From a virus: a stretch of 64,000 nt of DNA. The notes beneath the pieces were generated by a model. The model saw nothing but the letters and a program-made list of their open reading frames with translations, did no database searches and was not told where the DNA came from. Below, one piece after another: positions 39,529-48,690 of this stretch; position 1 is the stretch's first letter; every line of letters begins with the position of its first letter. The position numbers and the translations under genes are program-made. Location of the stretch: IMG/VR virus record IMGVR_UViG_3300044613_003770, positions 1-64,000 of that record; one strand, written 5' to 3'.

Positions 39529-39560
39529 GGGGAGGGGAATTTTTTCCCCTCCCCAACTTT
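39529..39560 (+). terminator. probable terminator
   Basis: GGGGAGGGGAA/TTCCCCTCCCC stem. Confidence 0.7.
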
Positions 39561-39601
39561 TCCTGTTGACAATCTCCACAAAACTGCTAACTTTCTCGCA
39601 C

Positions 39602-40012
39602 ATGAATCCCCTACAATACATCGTATCAACCAACGGTCTTGGCATCGCAATCGGCATCTGCGGCGACAAGCAACTCGCACTTCAAGATGCCACACTCGCT
39701 GAAAATATCTATGGATCAAATCATAATGACTCTTTGTTTAACCATTTGCTTTACATGCCTAGCCTTGAGGCATTCAAGAAGTTTCTAATCGTTAAAGAAT
39801 ATTTCTGTGTTTGGGATGAACACTTTTCCCGAAACAAGGGTACAGGTACTCGCACCAAGGGTAATGTAATGCAATTCACCCGCCGCGCAATCAAACGCGC
39901 AAGACTTATTATGGATTCTCAAGTTACCTATGAGAACTTCATGCAAAAAATCAGTAACCGCAACCAAGAGTACATGCTTGGCGCACATCAAGATGAACAA
40001 GAAGAAGAGTAA
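39602..40012 (+). CDS. hypothetical protein
   Basis: TTGACA-N16-TAACTT-N8-ATG sets the start. Confidence 0.65.
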   Translation: MNPLQYIVSTNGLGIAIGICGDKQLALQDATLAENIYGSNHNDSLFNHLLYMPSLEAFKKFLIVKEYFCVWDEHFSRNKGTGTRTKGNVMQFTRRAIKRARLIMDSQVTYENFMQKISNRNQEYMLGAHQDEQEEE

Positions 40013-40239
40013 TATAAAAGAATATATGAAAATACTTGCACCAAACTTTGAAGACATGGAATCTGTTCTTGATTCCTGTGGTCATGAACTAATTAATGAA
40101 GTTAATATTGCTTATGAAAAACTTGGCAAAGATAATCTTTGGGAGTTGACAGATAAGTTCCTAGAGTTTCAACGTCTCCTTCGTCAACAAATTAAAGAGC
40201 TTCACCCAGACCACAACTTTCAAAACTTCTAATAATTTT

Positions 40240-40314
40240 GGGCTGTTAGTTAAGTGGATATAACAAGAAACTTCTAATTTTTAGTCGATGGTTCGATTCC
40301 ATCACGGCCTACCA
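40240..40314 (+). tRNA. tRNA-Arg(TCT)
   Basis: GGGCTGT/ACGGCCT acceptor, CTTCTAA loop, CCA. Confidence 0.9.
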
Positions 40315-40335
40315 ATCTAATAATAAATAAATAAT

Positions 40336-40587
40336 ATGTTTACATTCCTTCAACCAAAAAGACAAGTAGTCATTGAGCATAATATCACCTCAAATATTGA
40401 TGGCGAGAGATTCGCGCCAGTAGTTATTGATGGAAGTTATTGGGGCGCAGATTTTGACACCTTCAATGGCGACACTCTTATCCATGATGATGGTGAGTAC
40501 GGCAAGATCCCTGTCACTTTCCACCAGACATTCTTAACTACCCGCATGACAGACGAACAACTTCTCCGTAAATACAGAAACATATGA
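40336..40587 (+). CDS. hypothetical protein
   Basis: 83-aa ORF, coupled to the next gene. Confidence 0.6.
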   Translation: MFTFLQPKRQVVIEHNITSNIDGERFAPVVIDGSYWGADFDTFNGDTLIHDDGEYGKIPVTFHQTFLTTRMTDEQLLRKYRNI

Positions 40588-40811
40588 AACTAATCGTAAC
40601 AGAAGAAGATCTCATCCTTGATACCGAACAAGGAACTTACACAATAAAACGCGCCCATGAAGAAGATGAGTGGCATTCAATTACTGAATTTGTTGATTTA
40701 AATTTTTTCTACGATTCATATGATGATAAATACCATGCCGCAATCTATCTTGTTTTAGAAGGACAAACCCAAACAGATACAGGGTGTGAGATCGAAGTAG
40801 AATTCACATAA
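40584..40811 (+). CDS. acidic hypothetical protein
   Basis: Last + strand gene before the convergence point. Confidence 0.6.
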   Translation: MKLIVTEEDLILDTEQGTYTIKRAHEEDEWHSITEFVDLNFFYDSYDDKYHAAIYLVLEGQTQTDTGCEIEVEFT

Positions 40812-40930
40812 TGTGAAATAATAAACTGCCAAATAATAAAAGGCTAAATAACAAAATAGCAAATAATAAAATAGCAAATAATAAAACGCTTAATAAACCC
40901 GTGGAATTCGACGGGTTAAAGGGGGTCGGA

Positions 40931-40973
40931 ACTTACGTTGCGGCGACCCCTACGGGGTCCAATCGCTGTAAGT
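40931..40973 (-). repeat. 43-bp element copy 1 (inverted)
   Basis: ACTTAC GTTGCGGC GACCCC TAC GGGGTC CAATCGCT GTAAGT. Confidence 0.95.
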
Positions 40974-41001
40974 TTTGGATTCAAGGTCGCAATTTGCGAC
41001 C

Positions 41002-41196
41002 TTATTTGATTTCGTAGCGATCAACAATCTCAAGCGTTTCCGTATCAAGATGGACAACAAAACCCTCTCTCCCTTTTTCAAGTGCGCGTTCTTCCGTCTC
41101 CCTGTCAAGATTTGTTTCTTTCCAGCTTGGAGGCAAACCCTTTGAGTGGACAATGATGCGGGATTGATTAAGGAAGTCTAGTTGGTATGCTCTCAT
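41002..41196 (-). CDS. hypothetical protein
   Basis: 64-aa ORF with A-rich leader. Confidence 0.55.
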   Translation of the reverse strand: MRAYQLDFLNQSRIIVHSKGLPPSWKETNLDRETEERALEKGREGFVVHLDTETLEIVDRYEIK

Positions 41197-41338
41197 ATTT
41201 CTTTTTTTATTTCTTTTTTTATTTCTTTTTTACCATCGCTGCGCACTCGTTTATTCTGAACGCGCTTCCAGTATTTGCGTAAGTGCTTCCACCATTGAAC
41301 GGTTGGAACACTTCCTTTGCTTTTTGCTGAACTACTCA

Positions 41339-41710
41339 TTATTTTTGTGCGAGGATTTGTCTGCCTACGATGACAGCATATTTTGCTTTGTCAATGCTTT
41401 TGTTTGAAACGACTTCGTAGAACTTCCCGATGTCTCGATACGGGTTGTAAGAAACCCACATCCTTGGTTGCAGCTTTGTGCTTTCACCAAGTAAGACAAG
41501 ATCACCCTCAACAAACGCATGGACATTTTTCTTTCTTTCGCGCAGGACTCTTTGACGACCTGCTTCTGATACTTTAAAGGTGACATTCTCAAGAGTGACT
41601 TTGCTGGCGTGAAGCCAAACACGCCAGCCCTTTGGAGTTTTTTCTTGGACGGAGAGTTGTTTTCTGTGGAGGTTAAAGTAAAGCCTAACTTTTTTGTTGG
41701 TAGTTTTCAT
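41339..41710 (-). CDS. conserved phage hypothetical protein
   Basis: YFNLH, FKVSEAGRQRVLRERKKNVHAFV.G, YNPY; promoter TTGACA-N16-TAGACT upstream. Confidence 0.8.
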   Translation of the reverse strand: MKTTNKKVRLYFNLHRKQLSVQEKTPKGWRVWLHASKVTLENVTFKVSEAGRQRVLRERKKNVHAFVEGDLVLLGESTKLQPRMWVSYNPYRDIGKFYEVVSNKSIDKAKYAVIVGRQILAQK

Positions 41711-41843
41711 GGGGATGGAGTTGCCGCTCTTATCGGGCGAGCGGCGAGCCGTCTGTCGATATTCTTTGTACTTTTACTTGAGAGAAGTCTAGCAGGGAGA
41801 GTAGATATGTCAACTATTTTTTATTCTTTTTTTTGAATTAAAA

Positions 41844-41886
41844 ACTTACACTCATCGGACCCCGTAGGGGTCGCCGCGATGTAAGT
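41844..41886 (+). repeat. 43-bp element copy 2
   Basis: ACTTAC ACTCATCG GACCCC GTA GGGGTC GCCGCGAT GTAAGT. Confidence 0.95.
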
Positions 41887-41909
41887 TTCCTCACATGCGG
41901 CAACCTATG

Positions 41910-42113
41910 TCACCAGAGATCGTGTTCGTCAATTAGCTGTTCCGTTCTGTCTACAAACTCTTGAATCAAACCCATAGGAATTTCAAACTTGGTAAGGACA
42001 TAACCATCAAAAACAAGATGCAATGCCACATCGACAATTTTCTTTTCTTCGATTGTTGCATGGACTAGGTAAAGCCCGTATTCAGTTTCGAGAGTAGTTC
42101 GAAAAATTTTCAT
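41910..42113 (-). CDS. hypothetical protein
   Basis: Own promoter TTGACA-N16-TAGCTT; start MKIFRTT. Confidence 0.6.
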   Translation of the reverse strand: MKIFRTTLETEYGLYLVHATIEEKKIVDVALHLVFDGYVLTKFEIPMGLIQEFVDRTEQLIDEHDLW

Positions 42114-42171
42114 CGCTTGCGACAAGCTATCACAAAGAAGACGGCTGTCAAGATTAAAAGAAGTTCGATGT

Positions 42172-42870
42172 TCATGCTGGCTCCAAAACAAAACCCGTTT
42201 CATCTTTTTTGGCAAGACCTTTTTCTTTAAGCCCGACGATTTTTCCCTTGCCATCGAGAAAGCGGAGATCGGTATCGTCTCCGTCTACCACATCAAAGCC
42301 CTTGAAACTTTGCGGCAAAGACTTGCGGAAAACCATTGCGACATTGCCACCGCTTGCAAGAAAAGCCTCGGCAATGTTTCCATTCGATTCAGAGCGAGAA
42401 AAGGTCAGGTGATAGTTTTTCGGCATCTCACCAGCGAGAAAAGCAGTCATGCGGTCGGGACTTTTCGTGTAGTCGTAAAACTGCACACTTGGGAAAGTAG
42501 CGAAAACATTTAGGCCGTTGCGTTTGATTTTCTCCCATGGCAAGTCACTTGTGAGGTTTAAGCGGAAGCAAGGTGTCATGCCTTTTTTTTCGGCAGACTT
42601 CATTGACTTTGCAATTTCTTTCCAAAGGTTGGCGAGGAAAGACTGCTTGTCGGTAAAAAACAAACGAGTCTTTGCGATTCGTGCGCGTTGGACGGAAGAC
42701 ATTGCCCCACGCCCTGCGGTGTTGAGACAAGCGGCGGCGCAACCTTTGCTTGCGTCTTTGCATACATTAAACCCCGAAAGGTTAGCGGGTGCAAGGTGCA
42801 AACCGTAGGTGATAAAACCCTTCTTCTCTCCCTTGCGCGTCTTGGCGTTTCCTGTGTTGAGTAGTGACAT
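42172..42870 (-). CDS. GP88-like phage protein with Cys cluster
   Basis: C..AS.GC...CL..AGRG, RLN.TSD, QFYDYTK, NYHLTFS, DGD.TDLRFLD; leaderless start MSLL. Confidence 0.8.
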   Translation of the reverse strand: MSLLNTGNAKTRKGEKKGFITYGLHLAPANLSGFNVCKDASKGCAAACLNTAGRGAMSSVQRARIAKTRLFFTDKQSFLANLWKEIAKSMKSAEKKGMTPCFRLNLTSDLPWEKIKRNGLNVFATFPSVQFYDYTKSPDRMTAFLAGEMPKNYHLTFSRSESNGNIAEAFLASGGNVAMVFRKSLPQSFKGFDVVDGDDTDLRFLDGKGKIVGLKEKGLAKKDETGFVLEPA

Positions 42871-42979
42871 GGCCAAAGCATAGCATTTGAGGCGAGCATG
42901 GCAAGAGATTTTCTTACAATTTTTTTTCCGATAAATAGTGTTTTTTTCTTGACAAGCCATAAGCCATTCATGCTTAGAA

Positions 42980-43022
42980 ACTTACGCCAATCGGACCCCT
43001 TCGGGGTCGCCGCGATGTAAGT
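42980..43022 (+). repeat. 43-bp element copy 3
   Basis: ACTTAC GCCAATCG GACCCC TTC GGGGTC GCCGCGAT GTAAGT. Confidence 0.95.
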
Positions 43023-43035
43023 TTTTCCTGTAGAC

Positions 43036-43066
43036 AAAAAAACCCCCGCCCTTTCGGGCGAGGGTT
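43036..43066 (-). terminator. intrinsic terminator
   Basis: Minus strand AACCCTCGCCC-GAAA-GGGCGGGGGTT followed by T run. Confidence 0.85.
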
Positions 43067-43080
43067 CGTTTGCTTTACGC

Positions 43081-43875
43081 TTACGCTCCAACGACGACGA
43101 GCGTTTCCATTTCCTCCCCCGCATCAGCGGGATCGATTTCGGCCTCGATGGTCGGGCGATGCCCAGCGATGCGGTCAAAGACCGATTGAGCAGTCATCGT
43201 GCGAAACGGCAACTTGGACAGATCACCGCCCTTGAGGTTTTCGGTGATGGAGTTGTAAAGCGTCCAGAGTGTGCCACCCTTGAACTCGTCATGGCGAGGG
43301 TTGCGAAACTCTTGCACGGCGGCGTAAATGTCACGGGCGGGAAACGCTTTGACATCCACAAGGTCGATCAGCAAGTCAGCGGCACGATCACGGGAAATTT
43401 CGGTTTCCTTGTAAAGCTCGATGCGCTTGCCCATGTCGGCCCAATGCGAGACAACGCGAGCGACTGCATCGGAGAGAACGCGAGGAAGGTCAGCGATGAT
43501 GTTCGTGGTGTGGCGGCGAGCCAACTTGATGTCGGAAGAGAAGCAAAGATTCTCGCAAACCATCATGCGATTCCCCACGCAAATGCTTGCGGCAAAGGAC
43601 TTGTCGTGTGCGTTGCGTAGACCAAGCACGATTTGACGATCAGAACCAGTGATGTCCGCGCCCTTGAGAGCAAACCCGCCAAAGTAGCGTTGACCGCCAC
43701 GGGCGAGCGAATGTTCTTCCAGCGACACTTCAAGCCCTGCGCGTCCGATTGCCTCACGAGTCATTTCGACAAGCGAGAAATGCGGGATGGGTTGGAAGCG
43801 GTCAGCGGCTTCGGGAGTCTCAACGCCCATGAGTTGCTCGGCGTTCACTTTGTTTTTTGCGATGATCAGTGACAT
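43081..43875 (-). CDS. DUF932-family protein
   Basis: PIPH..L, LRNAHDKS, G..MMVCENLCF, RRHT, TLW.LYN..TE. Confidence 0.8.
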   Translation of the reverse strand: MSLIIAKNKVNAEQLMGVETPEAADRFQPIPHFSLVEMTREAIGRAGLEVSLEEHSLARGGQRYFGGFALKGADITGSDRQIVLGLRNAHDKSFAASICVGNRMMVCENLCFSSDIKLARRHTTNIIADLPRVLSDAVARVVSHWADMGKRIELYKETEISRDRAADLLIDLVDVKAFPARDIYAAVQEFRNPRHDEFKGGTLWTLYNSITENLKGGDLSKLPFRTMTAQSVFDRIAGHRPTIEAEIDPADAGEEMETLVVVGA

Positions 43876-44042
43876 ATTGTTTTTTTCTATTGGTTGGAGT
43901 TGGATGCGCCATCAGCGGCGACAAGGACAAGGTAGCAAAACCAGCGAGTTTGTCCACACATTTTTCATTGTTTTTGTGTTTTTGTTTTTTGAGCCAGGTG
44001 TGCTTTTTTGCTTGACATGGCATAAGTGATTGAGGATCAAAA

Positions 44043-44085
44043 ACTTACACCCCCAAGACCCCTTCGGGGTCCGAACCATGTAAGT
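44043..44085. repeat. 43-bp element copy 4 (divergent spacers)
   Basis: ACTTAC ACCCCCAA GACCCC TTC GGGGTC CGAACCAT GTAAGT. Confidence 0.9.
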
Positions 44086-44138
44086 TTTTTAGGCATAAGT
44101 TAGGAAGGGATCGCACTTTGCGACCCCTTCCCGTTATG

Positions 44139-44453
44139 TCAACCCACCCTTGCGAAACTTCTGATTGGATGATCGCCAACTACCTGTGGCACAAAGTCAA
44201 TCGTCGGAGAGTCACCGAATTTGTTTTTGTAAGCTCGGAGAAAGGCTGTCAAGTCGCAATCTTCTTCAAGGTAGAAGTTTGATTTGTCTTGGTAGCTGTA
44301 GTGGCTTAACTTTACGCCAAGAGCTTCGACTTCCCGCTTTGGCACTTCAAGCCATCCATGACCTGCGTCAGTATGGAGCTTGAGGATGAGTGTCTTTTGT
44401 GGTTCGCTTTCGAGGTAGCCAACGCCGCCTCCTTCAAGATGCAATGATTTCAT
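44139..44453 (-). CDS. conserved phage/plasmid hypothetical protein
   Basis: HTDAGHGWL.V...S.YSY.....YLEEDCD. Confidence 0.75.
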   Translation of the reverse strand: MKSLHLEGGGVGYLESEPQKTLILKLHTDAGHGWLEVPKREVEALGVKLSHYSYQDKSNFYLEEDCDLTAFLRAYKNKFGDSPTIDFVPQVVGDHPIRSFARVG

Positions 44454-44588
44454 GTGTGTTAGGTTGAATGAGTTTGATGAGGTAGTCAATTACTTTTTGC
44501 GGCTGCTCATTAAAAAGAGGATGAGAGCCATTCCGATTATCCATGCGATATGCAATGTGTCCATTATGAATGATAAAAACAAGATGTT

Positions 44589-44900
44589 TCATTGTTTGGA
44601 ATGTTTGGTGTGAAAACCCACAAAGTCTTCTGCGAGGTTATTGATTAGTTCTTCTACAAAAGCAAAAGGGCTGGCATCGTCCATCGGGTTCAATTCAAAC
44701 TTGGAGATTGCTTCCCAAACTTCGATTTGTTTTTGGTCTTCTTGTTGATTGTCTACGCTGTATTCATCAGCGAGCAAAGCAAGAGCGAGCCTTTCGGCAC
44801 TCCAATCTTGCGGCCATTTAGAAAGGAAATGACCTGCGGCGATTAGGTATGCTTCGGCGTGAATGGGATTGTTGGTGTCTATGTGAATGTAGTCTTGCAT
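44589..44900 (-). CDS. acidic hypothetical protein
   Basis: 103-aa ORF. Confidence 0.6.
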   Translation of the reverse strand: MQDYIHIDTNNPIHAEAYLIAAGHFLSKWPQDWSAERLALALLADEYSVDNQQEDQKQIEVWEAISKFELNPMDDASPFAFVEELINNLAEDFVGFHTKHSKQ

Positions 44901-44909
44901 GGCTGTAGG

Positions 44910-45116
44910 TTAGTCGTTGGCGTGATGATTGTCAAGAATAAGTTGAAGTTCATCGCGGAGTTCTTCCTCGACTTCACTTTCGCCGCCAGAATATGCTTCC
45001 GCAAGCTCTAATGCTTGTTGGGCAATGTCTTTGAGCTGTTCAATTGTGTTTAGTAGTTCTTCGATTGTGGTCATGTCGATATGTGGGCAACAATTGTGGT
45101 TTGGTTTGTCTGTCAT
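44910..45116 (-). CDS. acidic helical hypothetical protein
   Basis: Likely start MTDKPN after an A/C-rich leader. Confidence 0.5.
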   Translation of the reverse strand: MTDKPNHNCCPHIDMTTIEELLNTIEQLKDIAQQALELAEAYSGGESEVEEELRDELQLILDNHHAND

Positions 45117-45129
45117 GTTGTTTTGTTGG

Positions 45130-45471
45130 TTAGTTTGTTGGGATGAATCTACGGGCGTGAATGTTAAGATTGGAACACCATTTTTTCCAGTTTTTGCCAT
45201 GAAAGTCATTGCGGCCATTTTTCTTGTGTGTGCCAAAGAATTTTGTTCTTTCGGTTATGTCAAGAGCGTGTGCGAGTTCATGCAAGAAAACTTCAGAAAA
45301 CAAATGGAAGTTTTGTAGGATTTGATTTGAAAGCTCAATTCTTTTTTCCTCTATACGATAGCAACCCAATCTTCTTTTTGTGTTTGTCCAAAGGACTGGA
45401 ATGTGGGTCATGTTATGCTGACGCAAGGTCAAGCGGATGTATTGTTCGGCTTCTTGGTGAGTGATTTTCAT
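45130..45471 (-). CDS. SprT-like zinc metalloprotease
   Basis: RRLG.Y...I.LS...LHELAHA...HG..WK. Confidence 0.85.
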   Translation of the reverse strand: MKITHQEAEQYIRLTLRQHNMTHIPVLWTNTKRRLGCYRIEEKRIELSNQILQNFHLFSEVFLHELAHALDITERTKFFGTHKKNGRNDFHGKNWKKWCSNLNIHARRFIPTN

Positions 45472-45515
45472 GCGGGGAAAGTTTGGGGGCTTTCGCCCCC
45501 TATGTCAACTATTTT

Positions 45516-45998
45516 TTAGACATCAGCAGGAATTTCTTCGTCCTCGTCGTATTCGACAAAGCTAAAGTTTTCTTTTGCAAACTCTATGACATCAGCATCA
45601 TCGACTTGGTTGTCGTCAATTTGACCTTCGGAGATGATAGCAGTCCCAGCAAACCAGCAACCGCCCTCAAAGTAGTCGAGCGTAAATTGATCGTTTGGAA
45701 ACATTTCAGACAGAGCGGCAATCGCTTGAAGTGGTGGACTCCAAGCAGTCATGAATGGAGCTTGAAAGTCGCAATCTTCAGAGATGAGTTGATCAGCAAC
45801 TTCGCGTTGCTCTTGTTCACTCAAGTCCCATTTAGTTCCCCAGTTTTCAAGTCTCCAATTATACCATCCATTGCCCTCAAGCAATTCTGGTGGTGTGGGT
45901 TTGATTTTCTCAAAAGAAAGACCATTTTCTTTTAGATAGCTTTCCAATTCTGGAGAGCAATCCATGACCGACAATTTATTTTCGTTCCAGTTAGGCAT
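45516..45998 (-). CDS. DUF1281/YubB-like ferredoxin-fold protein
   Basis: MPNW..N, WYNWR..NWGTKW, F.TAWSPP, YFE.G..FAG. Confidence 0.85.
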   Translation of the reverse strand: MPNWNENKLSVMDCSPELESYLKENGLSFEKIKPTPPELLEGNGWYNWRLENWGTKWDLSEQEQREVADQLISEDCDFQAPFMTAWSPPLQAIAALSEMFPNDQFTLDYFEGGCWFAGTAIISEGQIDDNQVDDADVIEFAKENFSFVEYDEDEEIPADV

Positions 45999-46025
45999 GG
46001 CGGCAATGTAGGTTAGTGGTTGGGG

Positions 46026-46199
46026 TTAGTCAAGATTTTTTATTAGTGTGTGGGAGTATCTCAAGACATCTCCACAATCATCACAAGGTTCTCCGTTGTC
46101 TTGATAAAAGTCAGGAGAGACATGGACTTCTTCATTTGTTTCATCATTGATCCAAACATGAAGAACATTTTCATCGTTTATTTTGATCCAATCAGACAT
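46026..46199 (-). CDS. 57-aa acidic protein with CxxC
   Basis: MSDWIKINDENVLHVW...FYQDNGEPCDDCG; own promoter; not in track. Confidence 0.65.
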   Translation of the reverse strand: MSDWIKINDENVLHVWINDETNEEVHVSPDFYQDNGEPCDDCGDVLRYSHTLIKNLD

Positions 46200-46230
46200 G
46201 GCTTTAGTATGTGTTATTTTTTGGGGTTAG

Positions 46231-46482
46231 TCAATAGGTTTTTGCAAGTAAAACAAGAGGCTTCAATGTGATTGGCTTTTCAGCAACATAAAAGAAAAAA
46301 CCATATTCCAAAACCTCAATGTCGCCATCGACTTCGGCAAGTGAAACATAGTCATCGCCATGATTGTCGGCAACGAATGGGCCTTCATCATCATGCCCGA
46401 TAAAGTAAAGCGTATCGTTTAGATCGACAGCATAAGCGTCACTGAGTGCTTCGTGTAGTTGTTCAAGTGTGGTTGTTTGCAT
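46231..46482 (-). CDS. acidic hypothetical protein
   Basis: TTGACT-N16-CATACT-N6-ATG. Confidence 0.7.
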   Translation of the reverse strand: MQTTTLEQLHEALSDAYAVDLNDTLYFIGHDDEGPFVADNHGDDYVSLAEVDGDIEVLEYGFFFYVAEKPITLKPLVLLAKTY

Positions 46483-46508
46483 GGCAGTAGTATGTGTTAT
46501 TTTCGGGG

Positions 46509-46649
46509 TTAGTCAACAAGAAATCTGCGCTTCCATTGTGATTCTTGCACCTGCTTATCAAGCCAAGATTGTTGTTCAAAGATGCGCGATCCGTAAATTG
46601 ATTTGCGGTCGCGTGTGAATAGTGACAGGATGTGGTTGATGATTTGCAT
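46509..46649 (-). CDS. 46-aa peptide
   Basis: TTGACA-N16-TAAGTT-N6-ATG; MQIINHILSLF...; not in track. Confidence 0.6.
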   Translation of the reverse strand: MQIINHILSLFTRDRKSIYGSRIFEQQSWLDKQVQESQWKRRFLVD

Positions 46650-46814
46650 GGGGGAAACTTAACACAAAGACGCGAGGTGTCAAATTTTATTTTCAGAATA
46701 AACTGCAATTTTCTTCTTGACAAATCAACACTAGCAAATAGCAAAATAGTAAATAGCAAATCAGTTAATAGCTAATAGACTACAGGCGCGGCTGTAAGTC
46801 ATTGAGGATTAAAA

Positions 46815-46857
46815 ACTTACACCAATCGGACCCCGTAGGGGTCGCCGCGATGTAAGT
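46815..46857 (+). repeat. 43-bp element copy 5
   Basis: ACTTAC ACCAATCG GACCCC GTA GGGGTC GCCGCGAT GTAAGT. Confidence 0.95.
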
Positions 46858-46879
46858 TCTTGGCGACCAATGGGTTATG

Positions 46880-47158
46880 TTATTCCTCGTCGCAATCCTC
46901 AATCGTATCCGATTGCGACACTTCGGGATTGAACGGGCAAGCTTCCAAGACTCCCCAGCATTCTTTCCCTTGGAAGGTGAAGGATACACCCCACACAACC
47001 CAATTGTATTGCAACTCATCGACAATCTCGCGAAATTGCAGATCGTCAACCTTGCTTGTTGCTATCCTTTGGGGAATGGCAGTGAGGGCGGCGGCTTCCG
47101 CGAGAGCGGCGGCGTATTCTTCGGGCGAAACTTCGGAGGCGAGGTAGGTGATGGACAT
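46880..47158 (-). CDS. acidic hypothetical protein (N-terminus related to 48553..48690)
   Basis: TTGCGT-N16-TAACTT-N6-ATG. Confidence 0.7.
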   Translation of the reverse strand: MSITYLASEVSPEEYAAALAEAAALTAIPQRIATSKVDDLQFREIVDELQYNWVVWGVSFTFQGKECWGVLEACPFNPEVSQSDTIEDCDEE

Positions 47159-47257
47159 GGGAATAAGTTAATCGATTTTAAGAGAAACGCAACAAAAAAG
47201 TCATTTTTTATTTTTTTTATTTTTACTTGACAAATTGTAACTTATTCATTTTCAAAA

Positions 47258-47300
47258 ACTTACACCTATCGGACCCCGTAGGGGTCGCGGCGGTGTAAGT
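47258..47300 (+). repeat. 43-bp element copy 6
   Basis: ACTTAC ACCTATCG GACCCC GTA GGGGTC GCGGCGGT GTAAGT. Confidence 0.95.
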
Positions 47301-47594
47301 TATTCATTTTCAAGCGGTTATGATCGCGCCCCCACCACAGAGGCGCGATCTTTTATCCACCCACAAAATTATTCTTGCAATGCGTTTTTGAAGCACCCTG
47401 CCCAAGTCAACGCGAGGCAAAGCCAAAAAACAATAAAGTTTAGATCGTGTGGCACAATGTCATACACTCTCACAATCGAAAAAATTGCAATGTGTAAAGA
47501 AGAAAAGAAAAGACAAAGAGCGGCAGATTTCATTTTTTTTTATTTTTAAGGTTGAAAGGTTGGGCCTTTTAGTGTGATGCCCAGCACCGATTTT

Positions 47595-47876
47595 TTATTG
47601 AGCGGCAAAGGTCTTTTCGATTTTCCCGCATTTGAAATGGCGGACGGCTTCGGGTTTGAAGCTGAACCAGCCTTGATTGTTTCGATTGATTGCAGAGAAG
47701 TATCCAGCCGCCTTCAATCCATCAGTTCCAGCAGAGCCAGTTCCTTTGATCAAACCAATGTATTTGTCCTTGGCGTTGATTTGACGAATCGTGCCATCCT
47801 TCTTTTCAAAGGTGATCGAAAAGAATTTTCCTTTCGTGGCGGCGATCAGTTGTGCGATTTCGTTTTGTGTGGTCAT
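47595..47876 (-). CDS. SH3/WYL-like beta-barrel phage protein
   Basis: GKFFSITFEKKDGTIR.IN...W.SF. Confidence 0.7.
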   Translation of the reverse strand: MTTQNEIAQLIAATKGKFFSITFEKKDGTIRQINAKDKYIGLIKGTGSAGTDGLKAAGYFSAINRNNQGWFSFKPEAVRHFKCGKIEKTFAAQ

Positions 47877-47887
47877 GTTTTTGTTGG

Positions 47888-48022
47888 TTATTGTTTTGAG
47901 ATCATTTCCCGTTCCATCTCGTCGATTTCTTCGGGGGTCATGGTATCCTCGATTTCATGCGCGGCATGGAACATGGCGAGCAATTCAAGGGAATCAGCGT
48001 GGGCGAGTTGGTCAATGGACAT
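47888..48022 (-). CDS. 44-aa acidic peptide
   Basis: TTGCTA-N16-TAACTT-N6-ATG; MSIDQLAHADSLELL...; not in track. Confidence 0.65.
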   Translation of the reverse strand: MSIDQLAHADSLELLAMFHAAHEIEDTMTPEEIDEMEREMISKQ

Positions 48023-48063
48023 GAGAGAAAGTTAGTTGATTTTGAAAGAATAGCAAGAAAAAA

Positions 48064-48258
48064 TTAACCGATTTTCAAATTTTCAACTCGGCTAGATGCA
48101 ACGGTATTGACATCGCCGCAGTATGGGTCGCGGTAAATGATGATGAACGCGCCGTCGAGAGTGTCGCGGTCGGTGACGCTTCCCGTCAAATTCATTCCGC
48201 AGTAGGTGAATTCAACAAGGGTATTTAAGCGGGGGCGGGTGGTGGTCGTGTTGGACAT
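48064..48258 (-). CDS. small beta-rich protein, paralogue 1
   Basis: TTGCGT-N16-TAACTT-N6-ATG; paralogue at 49455. Confidence 0.75.
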   Translation of the reverse strand: MSNTTTTRPRLNTLVEFTYCGMNLTGSVTDRDTLDGAFIIIYRDPYCGDVNTVASSRVENLKIG

Positions 48259-48404
48259 GTAAGAAAGTTATCACAACTAACTCGAAACGCAACAAAAAAA
48301 ACAAAAATCTTTTTCGCCCAGTTGCAATTTTTTTCTTGACAAATAGAATGGGGGGGCTATTGGGGGGGCTGAAGGGAAGATTCATAACTCATTGAAAATC
48401 AAAA

Positions 48405-48447
48405 ACTTACACCCATCGGACCCCTTCGGGGTCGCCGCGATGTAAGT
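48405..48447 (+). repeat. 43-bp element copy 7
   Basis: ACTTAC ACCCATCG GACCCC TTC GGGGTC GCCGCGAT GTAAGT. Confidence 0.95.
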
Positions 48448-48552
48448 TTCACGGCAACCCCTCACCACTACATTTGCGCCGATATTATGGCAACCACAAG
48501 CCAAATCGCGGCATTTATTCCAATCAAAATTCCAAGTATTTCTTTCATGTTT

Positions 48553-48690
48553 TTATCCTTCCTTTTCGATGTGTTCAAGATACTCCGCGAACGCGAGTTC
48601 GGCGGCTTCCGCGAGGACGGCATCACGCTCCTCGATGGAAATTTCACTGGCAAAGTAGGTGGCGGCGGCGGTAGTGAGGTCGTTGGACAT
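48553..48690 (-). CDS. 45-aa acidic peptide
   Basis: MSNDLTTAAATYFASEISIEERDAVLAEAAEL...; TTGCGT-N16-TAACTT-N6-ATG; not in track. Confidence 0.7.
   Translation of the reverse strand: MSNDLTTAAATYFASEISIEERDAVLAEAAELAFAEYLEHIEKEG

Noticed and set aside
40240-40314. tRNA-Arg as an integration site for the adjacent module
   Set aside because: No duplicated tRNA 3' end and no integrase seen in the window
48349-48368. G-quadruplex from paired G7 runs (also near 49745)
   Set aside because: Only two runs per site; noted as part of the duplication, structure unsupported
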